The translations under genes and the position numbers were made by a program. This document shows positions 26,718 to 33,018 of a DNA stretch of 51,777 bases, in pieces. How positions within the stretch are numbered: the stretch's first letter is position 1; each line of letters begins with the position of its first letter. Below the pieces are notes generated by a model. The model worked only from the letters and a program-made list of their open reading frames with translations. It was not told the origin of the DNA and did not search any database. This stretch comes from an uncultured Candidatus Saccharibacteria bacterium (lineage in GTDB: Bacteria; Patescibacteriota; Minisyncoccia; UBA6257; 2-01-FULL-56-20). Location: NCBI GenBank assembly GCA_964483915.1, contig CAZADL010000003.1, positions 1-51,777 of the forward strand, given 5' to 3'.

Positions 26718-27185
26718 ATGGCTTCTTTTGAGACACATTGGCAGGCACCAGAATTCGAGTTTCGTCCGAAAAGCGTTTCGTGGTATTGGATGTCCATCAT
26801 CCTCTCTGCCGCAATCATTGCGTTTGCAATCTGGGAGCGAAATTTTCTCTTCGGCATTTTCATCGTGATCGCCGAAATTCTTTTCATAGCGTGGGGCAAC
26901 GAGACGCCTGCCACCGTAAACTTCATGCTCACCGAAAACGATCTCGCGGTCGGCGAAGCAAAGCATTATCAGGTCAAGCTCTTTGAGAGTTTCAGCGTGA
27001 ACGAACTGGATGATGACTGGATCGAACTCTTTTTCACGTTCAAGGCAAAATTCCGGACCGCGCTCAAAATCATGCTGCCAAAAGAAAAGATCGAAGAAGT
27101 CCGCAGAAACCTCAAGCCGACCCTGCGCGAGGTAGAGTTCGAACCATCGCTTCTCGATTCCCTTGAAAAAATCATCGGATTCTAA
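26718..27185 (+). CDS. Hypothetical membrane protein
   Basis: The ORF has two TM helices (WYWMSIILSAAIIAFAIW, FLFGIFIVIAEILFIAW). The start is set at MASFETH. Confidence 0.5.
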   Translation: MASFETHWQAPEFEFRPKSVSWYWMSIILSAAIIAFAIWERNFLFGIFIVIAEILFIAWGNETPATVNFMLTENDLAVGEAKHYQVKLFESFSVNELDDDWIELFFTFKAKFRTALKIMLPKEKIEEVRRNLKPTLREVEFEPSLLDSLEKIIGF

Positions 27186-27203
27186 TAAGGTGAGAAAGTT
27201 CTG

Positions 27204-27275
27204 GCCCTCGTCGTTCAACGGATAGGACGCAAGATTGCGGATCTTGTGATAGAGGTTCGATTCCTCTCGGGGGCA
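27204..27275 (+). tRNA. tRNA-Arg (anticodon GCG)
   Basis: The fold is GCCCTCG-TC-GTTC-AACGGATA-GGAC-G-CAAGA-TTGCGGA-TCTTG-TGAT-AGAGG-TTCGATT-CCTCT-CGGGGGC-A. Confidence 0.8.
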
Positions 27276-28104
27276 CTTGTTTCATCGGTTGCCGCGAGAA
27301 CGAGCCGAAGGCGGCAAGGAAGAGCGTCTCCCGCAAGGTCGGCGATCCCCGTTTCGAGATGCCGCCATGCCTCCCGGGTTTCCCGCCCGTCTGCTTCACG
27401 GCGGGGTCGAGTCCGGCGTAGGCGATGATCTGGTCGATGCGCTGGGATCGTTCCAAAGGCAGGAGTTCGGCCAAGATGTTCGCCGCGAGGAACGGCGTGA
27501 TGCCAGGAATGCTGTCGAGGTACTTCCCGTCGTTGCCGCCGTTCCATTCTTTGATGATGCGCTTCTTCAGGGCTTCGCACTGCTTCACGAGATACGCCGA
27601 GGCGGGGACGGGCGACACCTTCCGGTATTCCTTGAGGTACCGCTCGTGCATGATGAAGTTGGTGGCGATCGCCCGCAGCTTCCAGTAGTGGCGGATGACT
27701 GCTTTCTTCCGCGTCATCTCCTCGGTCTCGACGAAGCGGTAGCCGTCGTTCTGGGAGGCGAGGAAGGCGAGATGCGCCACGTCCACCTTGTCGGTCTTGC
27801 GCTTCCTGATGGAAAGCCGCGCGATCTGTTTGGTATACAGGGGATTCACGACCTTCACGAAAAATCCGCCGTCCGCCAATGTCCGCGCCGCTTGCCCGTG
27901 GTACGGCCCCGTGCTTTCGAGGAGGATGGGTGTCTCGCCGTCCATGCCGCATTTCCTGAAATGGACGACGAACCGTTTGGGTCCTAGACTTGAATGGGGA
28001 AACGCGGCTGGCGGTTCTGTTACGCCGTCTGAGCGTCGAATGCAGGCCACCAGCTCGCGTTTTCCCACGTCGATGCCGATGGAGTAAGGGTGTGTTTATT
28101 CCAT
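27276..28104 (-). pseudogene. IS110-family (DEDD) transposase remnant
   Basis: The frame reads ATG GAA TAA then THPYSIGIDVGK... (DEDD N-terminal motif), ESTGPYH, VNPLYTKQ...RKRKTDKVDVAHLA and the C-terminal domain IPGITPFLAANILAEL...YAGLDPAVKQTGG...ISKRGSPTLRETLFLAAF. There is a premature TAA at codon 3. The usual C-terminal ~50 aa are missing, and the frame runs straight into tRNA-Arg. The region is visibly more GC-rich than its surroundings. Confidence 0.75.
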
Positions 28105-28429
28105 AATTTTTGATATTTTGTTGTCAAAGAAAGAAGAGAAAAGAGAAGAAAGAAACCAGATCGCAGGCCTGTTCGTTTTCGACGCTTTGGAGCGTAACCA
28201 GCAATCGGCGATTGGTATCGGTGCGGAGCGATATTCCCCTGCTGGTTGGTCAAAGCCAAAGGCAAGCGCGATCGTCTCCGCCGATATTATCCCTCTTCTC
28301 TTTCAGAGGATACAGGCAGGTGGTATGCCAAAAGCGAACCGAAACCGCCCCTCTGCCCGCCAAAAAATCCCACGCCAAAAAAATCTTCGGAACGAACCTC
28401 TTTCTCTCCAACCGTGATAATCCTCGATC
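28105..28429 (-). ncRNA. Non-coding region upstream of the IS110-type transposase; candidate IS110 bridge-RNA-like locus
   Basis: About 325 bp have no credible ORF. The region contains a 30-nt all-purine tract (28126-28155), an 8-bp stem AACCAGCA/TGCTGGTT (28196-28203 with 28240-28247) and a CCTCT/AGAGG hairpin. The position matches where IS110-group elements encode their ncRNA. Confidence 0.25.
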
Positions 28430-28828
28430 TCAAGATTCGCCGAACAGACGGAAGTGGTAAACCACGGCGAGATACGCGGCGGCGAAGATAAAGAACGTGA
28501 CAAGTCCGAGGGCGATGGCGACCCTTGCCCCGAACTTCGGCGCGAGGGTCGCGACAACGATCATATACGGCACCCATGAAACGATGGTGCCCACGAGCAC
28601 GAACCACGCGTGCTCACCAACCGCGCCGCCGCCCCTCGATTCGCCGATAAAAACATACGCGACGAGCGTGAAGACGGGCATGAGGGTCGCGAAACCGGAA
28701 AGCAGGCGCAAATTATTTTCCTCGAGCGCGACGATGAGGACGGTGAAGATGCCACCCGTGAGAAAGTAGATGAGATAATTTTTGATCTGCGGCCACATAC
28801 TTTCATTATAGAAAATCTGCGATAACAT
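28430..28828 (-). CDS. Small polytopic membrane protein (132 aa)
   Basis: Only the C-terminal 132 aa of the 292-aa ORF look real (four hydrophobic helices). The upstream part is antisense to the PAP2 gene. Confidence 0.55.
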   Translation of the reverse strand: MLSQIFYNESMWPQIKNYLIYFLTGGIFTVLIVALEENNLRLLSGFATLMPVFTLVAYVFIGESRGGGAVGEHAWFVLVGTIVSWVPYMIVVATLAPKFGARVAIALGLVTFFIFAAAYLAVVYHFRLFGES

Positions 28829-28843
28829 GCTACCATAGAACTT

Positions 28844-29332
28844 ATGGACGCCGTTATCATATTTATCGCCCAGTATTTTTATCTTTTTGCTCTCCTTGTC
28901 GGCGCGATCTTTTTTTTCAGGCAGCCGCGCAATGTTCAGAAGGGCATCGTGGTTTGTGGCATCGTCGTCGCGCCTCTCGCGTATCTCATTTCGCGGATCG
29001 CCGGACATTTCTATAATGATCCGCGACCGTTCGTCGCCGGCCATTTTATCCCCTTGATCGCCCATGCGGCCGACAACGGTTTCCCGTCCGACCATGTTCT
29101 CCTCGCGGGAGCCGTGGCGATGATCATCTGGTTCTTCAACAGAAAATGGAGCGTGATTCTTTGGATGTTCGCCATCCTCATCGGCTGGGCGCGCGTCGCG
29201 AGCGGCATCCACCATGTAACGGACATTGCGGGGAGCGTCGTGATCGTCCTCGCCGCCGGCACGGTATACTTTTTCTCCATAAAACTCGTTGCCGGGAAGC
29301 CGCCTCAAAAATCCGGGAACCCCGCAACATGA
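28844..29332 (+). CDS. PAP2-family phosphatase (undecaprenyl-diphosphatase-like)
   Basis: The PAP2 motifs NDPRPF, PSDH and SGIHHVTD occur in order within a polytopic membrane protein. Confidence 0.8.
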   Translation: MDAVIIFIAQYFYLFALLVGAIFFFRQPRNVQKGIVVCGIVVAPLAYLISRIAGHFYNDPRPFVAGHFIPLIAHAADNGFPSDHVLLAGAVAMIIWFFNRKWSVILWMFAILIGWARVASGIHHVTDIAGSVVIVLAAGTVYFFSIKLVAGKPPQKSGNPAT

Positions 29333-29574
29333 AAATCTTGGGCATTGCGCTTATCGTGCTTACCGTTTTCGCCGTCGTTTTCTGGATATTTTTTTATTAC
29401 TCCGTGCGCGTCGCGCGCGAGACCGTCACCCTGCCGCAGGCAACATCAACCGCGACTTCTTCCACAAAACCACTCTTGAAAGTGGCAACCCCGACGATGA
29501 CCCCCATCAGTTCCCACGGCCCCACCAATGTTCCTCACATCATCGGCCCCTCCGGCCCCCCGCCGAACTATTGA
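29329..29574 (+). CDS. Small membrane-anchored Pro/Thr-rich protein (81 aa)
   Basis: MKILGIALIVLTVFAVVFWIFF is a TM helix, and the start overlaps the PAP2 stop (ATGA). Confidence 0.45.
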   Translation: MKILGIALIVLTVFAVVFWIFFYYSVRVARETVTLPQATSTATSSTKPLLKVATPTMTPISSHGPTNVPHIIGPSGPPPNY

Positions 29575-29663
29575 AAACGGAGAATGGAGAATGTAGAATG
29601 GAGAGACTTTCGTTCTCGTGAGCGAGAGCAAGTCCGCCTTCGTTAAAAACGATGGCGCGACAA

Positions 29664-29735
29664 GCGGGTATCGTATAGCGGCTATTATGTGACCTTGCCA
29701 AGGTCAAGATACGGGTTCGACTCCCGTTACCCGCT
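29664..29735 (+). tRNA. tRNA-Gly (anticodon GCC)
   Basis: Acceptor GCGGGTA/TACCCGC, anticodon stem TGACC/GGTCA with loop TTGCCAA, T arm ACGGG-TTCGACT-CCCGT and discriminator T. Confidence 0.9.
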
Positions 29736-29738
29736 CAA

Positions 29739-29777
29739 CAAACAAAAGAATGCTCCTTGTGAGCGTTCTTTTGTTTG
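29739..29777 (+). terminator. Hairpin directly after tRNA-Gly
   Basis: A 12-bp stem CAAACAAAAGAA/TTCTTTTGTTTG has an inner GCTC/GAGC stem. Confidence 0.55.
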
Positions 29778-29785
29778 CGTGATCA

Positions 29786-29944
29786 TTACGGGAGTCGAAC
29801 CCGGGAAGGGGGTCGGGGAAACGGGAGTTTCCCCGTGTAGGAAGATTGTTGGAAACCGAGAGGTGTCCAAATCGCGGCGGAGCGCTTATTGAAATAAACA
29901 AGCGCGATCAGCCGCGATGGGTTCCACTCCCGTTACCCGCTCAA
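29786..29944 (+). repeat. tRNA-linked element, copy A (inverted T-arm copy, conserved 35-nt core, direct repeat of the tRNA-Gly 3' end)
   Basis: Positions 29788-29803 are the exact reverse complement of tRNA positions 29712-29727. The core at 29803-29837 is 34/35 identical to 38576-38610. Positions 29919-29944 repeat 29713-29738 at 25/26. Confidence 0.7.
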
Positions 29945-29959
29945 GGCAGAAACAGGCCC

Positions 29960-30271
29960 CTATTGATCTACTTTCGGATTAGAATTTTTAAGTAATTTGT
30001 CCGTCTCTTTATTATATACCGCGAGCGTCTGATGCCTTTCCTCGAGAAGCGCCAGATTATGTTCCAGTGTCGGCAAAAGCGAACGCCATTTCTCGGCGGA
30101 CTGCATGAGCTGCGCTCGCCGCGTAATGTCTTTTTCCTTCTTCAGGGTTTCCTCTAAAACCTCTAGGCGTTCTCGGCCACCCTTCATCCTTTTTTTTAAT
30201 TCTTCTATTTGCTGGCTCACATTCTCTGCGATCTCTTGAAAAACAGAATAATTTTCGGGAATCTTCTCCAT
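29960..30271 (-). CDS. Hypothetical coiled-coil protein (103 aa)
   Basis: An ORF with a strongly helical, charged sequence and no recognised family. Confidence 0.45.
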   Translation of the reverse strand: MEKIPENYSVFQEIAENVSQQIEELKKRMKGGRERLEVLEETLKKEKDITRRAQLMQSAEKWRSLLPTLEHNLALLEERHQTLAVYNKETDKLLKNSNPKVDQ

Positions 30272-30390
30272 TGGTTTGTTCTGTTGGGTTATTTATGCGA
30301 CCATTCTCAATCTTATTTTACCAAAAATTTTTGACGATGACGAGTTTTTCGCGAAAAACTTCTTGAATCACCCGGTAAGGATTCTTTTGG

Positions 30391-30396
30391 TATAAT
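30391..30396 (+). promoter_or_regulatory. Extended -10 promoter (TGgTATAAT) giving a leaderless or near-leaderless HTH mRNA
   Basis: TATAAT at 30391-30396 is preceded by TGG, and the ATG at 30403 is only 6 nt downstream. Confidence 0.4.
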
Positions 30397-30402
30397 GAAT
30401 AC

Positions 30403-30627
30403 ATGAGCAAGAAAGAGACGATCTATGGCGTGGATGAGCTTGCGAAATTTTTGAGGGTCACGAGAGCGACGGTACGGGATTGGTGCAAACACGGCAAACT
30501 GCCAGCTTTTAAAATCGGTAAAGAGTGGAAAATTCGGGTGATAGATTTACAAAAGAGCATCAATGGGAAAGTGACGGCGAACCAAGCTAAAAGAGAGAGG
30601 GAGGGCGGGACGCCCCGACTTATCTAA
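30403..30627 (+). CDS. Excisionase-family helix-turn-helix DNA-binding protein
   Basis: ELAKFLRVTRATVRDWCKHGKLPAFKIGKEWKIRVIDL matches the excisionase/MerR-superfamily HTH pattern. Confidence 0.7.
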   Translation: MSKKETIYGVDELAKFLRVTRATVRDWCKHGKLPAFKIGKEWKIRVIDLQKSINGKVTANQAKREREGGTPRLI

Positions 30628-30642
30628 GTATGATTTTAGTTC

Positions 30643-30957
30643 TTACGCTCGGTGCACGCGATCACCTTCGCGGACACGTTGCGGCACTTGGATGCCGATC
30701 TGTTTTCCTTTGGGAGCGATCGTAATGGGTTTATGCTCGTACTGCATGGACTGCGCCGGGTGCTGAAAATCAGTCGTTGCGCCCCGGAAATAGAGCACCG
30801 TGCCCAGTGGCACATTTTCCTTGAACCGGACAATGGCAACGCTGATCTCGTTATAGAAATGCGTGACGACGCCGATCGGTTTATTGTTCTTTTTCTTTTC
30901 TTTCGGCTTTGCCGTTCTCTTCGCGCTTTTCTTTGCTCTTTTTATTTCCTTTTTCAT
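30643..30957 (-). CDS. Small lysine-rich protein with translation-factor-like beta-barrel
   Basis: A Lys-rich N-terminus is followed by IGVVTHFYNEISVAIVRF...LYFRGATTDFQHPAQSMQYEHK, resembling the 'elongation factor-like' small barrel proteins. Confidence 0.5.
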   Translation of the reverse strand: MKKEIKRAKKSAKRTAKPKEKKKNNKPIGVVTHFYNEISVAIVRFKENVPLGTVLYFRGATTDFQHPAQSMQYEHKPITIAPKGKQIGIQVPQRVREGDRVHRA

Positions 30958-30966
30958 AAATAAAAA

Positions 30967-31557
30967 TTATTCAACGCCTAAATTTTTTTCATCTTCTTCG
31001 ATCATGGCCACCACTTTATGAAAGAGCGTTGTGGGGTCAGTGTCGAAGACGACCTTTCCCATGCCGCGATGGGCATCTTCCAGTATCTTTTTTATATCGT
31101 CCGTTGTGCCGCCGGTCCCGACGAGCACGCCTTGCGGTTTGTTGTCTTCAAATGCATCGGTAAATTCATTGAGCGTGCCGATCCTGCCGCCGGCATAGAT
31201 AACGGCATCAGCCGCGCGAGTCAAGATCAGGTTCCGCTCGGAATATCCGCCGCCGACATAGATGATGAGGTCGTGGTAATCAAGCGGCAGATGGTACTTT
31301 TGCACATGCTCGCGCTTGGTAGCGGCGGGAGAGATGCCGATCACGATGCCACCGGCCTTCTTCGCCCCCTTCGCGGCCCAATAGGGTGCGCCGGTCGTTG
31401 CGCCCGTCACGGTGACCATGCCATGTTCCGCAATAAGCCGCCCCAACATTTCAACCTCCGGCATCTCGTTTGGATTCATGAACGTCGTATCCGCAGCGCC
31501 AGAAATTGCAATCTTAAACTTCAATTGATAATCGGAGTTCATAATATGATTCTTCAT
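30967..31557 (-). CDS. LOG/TIGR00725-type (SLOG superfamily) Rossmann-fold protein
   Basis: KIAISGAAD, VTVTGATTGAPYWAAKGAKKAGGIVIGISP and DAVIYAGGRIGTLNEF match the TIGR00725/LOG pattern. Confidence 0.65.
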   Translation of the reverse strand: MKNHIMNSDYQLKFKIAISGAADTTFMNPNEMPEVEMLGRLIAEHGMVTVTGATTGAPYWAAKGAKKAGGIVIGISPAATKREHVQKYHLPLDYHDLIIYVGGGYSERNLILTRAADAVIYAGGRIGTLNEFTDAFEDNKPQGVLVGTGGTTDDIKKILEDAHRGMGKVVFDTDPTTLFHKVVAMIEEDEKNLGVE

Positions 31558-32900
31558 AATTCTACCACCTCTCTGAGCTTCGGCACCTCCGATATAATGG
31601 CGAGTTCATCCCGAATCTTTGCCGCAAGGACTTCGCTTGATTGTTCCTCGCCCTGCACGACAAAAACCTTCTTCAACGTTTTTCGCGCGGTCGTGAGCCA
31701 TGCCAAAAGATGCGGCTCGTCGGCGTGCGCGGAAAATCCCGGAATGTTCACCTTCTTGCACCGTACGGGCACCGTCTCGCCGAAGATCGAGACCTCCGGA
31801 GCGCCCTCCAAAATCCTCCGGCCGAGCGAACCCGATGCCTGGTAACCCACGAACAAAATCGTGCTCCGCGGATCAGGAAGATGCCGCACCTCGTGGTGGA
31901 GGATCCGTCCGCCATTCGACATGCCGGCACCGGCCATAATGATCTTCGGAGGCTTCACGTCATTGATGCGCTTTGACTGTTCGGTGGTAAGCGTAAGCTC
32001 TAACTCCTTAAAGTTCAGAATATCGTCGCCACCGCGCTCAAGGGCTTGGACGTCTTTGTTGAAATAGCTTTCATACTTTTTATAGACCGCCGTGAGTTTG
32101 ATCGCGAGCGGACTGTCGATAAAGACCGGTACGAGCGGAACGCGGCCTTCCTCAAAGAGCTGGTGGAGATAGAACAAAAGTTCCTGCGTCCGCTCCATGG
32201 CAAACGTCGGGATCATCAAGGTTCCGCCGGCCGTGACCGTGTCTTCGATCGCGCGCTCGAGCAGGTTTCTCCGTTCTGCCACGTCTTCATGCACACGGTC
32301 ACCGTATGTTGATTCGATGAGACAATAATCCACCTCCGGCAGCGCTTCGGTCGGCTTTATGATCGGCGCCGGCGAATTGCCGAGGTCGCCGGAGAATACA
32401 ATCGTTTTGCCTTCCGCTTTCACGAGAATGAAGGCCGATCCCAAAATATGCCCTGCATCATAGAGCTCAACCGTAAAGGGGCCGACCGAAACCGGCGTGT
32501 GGTATCTGAGCTTCTGCCACTGCGCGAGAACTTTGGTAATATCATTGTCGGTATAGAGCGGCGACTTTTTTTCACGCGCGGCTTCCGCAAGCAGCAGATG
32601 CTCGGAATCGTAGAGCATGAGATCGGCGAAATCTTTGGTTGCCGGCGTCGCGTAGATCGTGCCGGCGAATCCGGCCTTCACTAAGCTCGGCAGACGGCCA
32701 ATGTGATCCAAGTGCGAATGGGTGATGAAAACCGCCGTGATACTTTTTGCGTCATAAGGAAACGGCTGGAAGTTTTCTTTCTCCGCATAGTGACTCCCTT
32801 GATGCAGGCCACAATCGATCATGATGCGGGTGCCCCCGGATTCAAGAACATAGTTCGATCCCGTCGCTTCTCCTGTTCCACCGTAAAAAGTGAGTTTCAT
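31554..32900 (-). CDS. Metallo-beta-lactamase / beta-CASP family RNA-metabolising hydrolase
   Basis: It has HSHLDHIG (HxHxDH), DAGHILGS, the beta-CASP segment and a C-terminal SAHAD motif, at 448 aa. Confidence 0.8.
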   Translation of the reverse strand: MKLTFYGGTGEATGSNYVLESGGTRIMIDCGLHQGSHYAEKENFQPFPYDAKSITAVFITHSHLDHIGRLPSLVKAGFAGTIYATPATKDFADLMLYDSEHLLLAEAAREKKSPLYTDNDITKVLAQWQKLRYHTPVSVGPFTVELYDAGHILGSAFILVKAEGKTIVFSGDLGNSPAPIIKPTEALPEVDYCLIESTYGDRVHEDVAERRNLLERAIEDTVTAGGTLMIPTFAMERTQELLFYLHQLFEEGRVPLVPVFIDSPLAIKLTAVYKKYESYFNKDVQALERGGDDILNFKELELTLTTEQSKRINDVKPPKIIMAGAGMSNGGRILHHEVRHLPDPRSTILFVGYQASGSLGRRILEGAPEVSIFGETVPVRCKKVNIPGFSAHADEPHLLAWLTTARKTLKKVFVVQGEEQSSEVLAAKIRDELAIISEVPKLREVVEL

Positions 32901-32911
32901 AATCTTCTCTT

Positions 32912-33018
32912 GTCATTCCCGCGCACGCGGGAATCCAGATTTTTTATTCTTTCTCTTTCATTGTATGAGTTTCCGCTTCTTTTTCAAAGCACTGGATCCC
33001 TGCCTCCACGGGGCTGAC
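32912..33018. repeat. Bipartite palindromic element (GTCATTCC family)
   Basis: The unit reads GTCATTCCCGCGCACGCGGGAATCCAG ... CTGGATCCCTGCCTCCACGGGGCTGAC. It overlaps the last codons of the Mur ligase ORF. Confidence 0.65.

Noticed and set aside
27215-27987. Long ORFs in other frames and on the other strand across the IS110 region (27215-27952 minus, 27277-27987 plus, and others).
   Set aside because: Their products are Arg/Pro/Gly-rich nonsense typical of off-frame reading of GC-rich DNA. Only one frame shows IS110 transposase motifs.
28829-29308. The N-terminal 160 aa of the 292-aa minus-strand ORF at 28430-29308.
   Set aside because: This part is antisense to the PAP2 phosphatase gene, whose motifs are clear, and is highly charged and low-complexity. 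Only the C-terminal 132 aa (from the ATG at 28828) look like a real membrane protein.
29579-29605. A short tandem heptanucleotide repeat (GGAGAAT GGAGAAT GTAGAAT GGAGAG) lies just after the stop of the 81-aa membrane protein gene.
   Set aside because: There are fewer than four imperfect copies, with no spacer structure, so it is not a CRISPR array. It is most simply a slippage product in an intergenic region.
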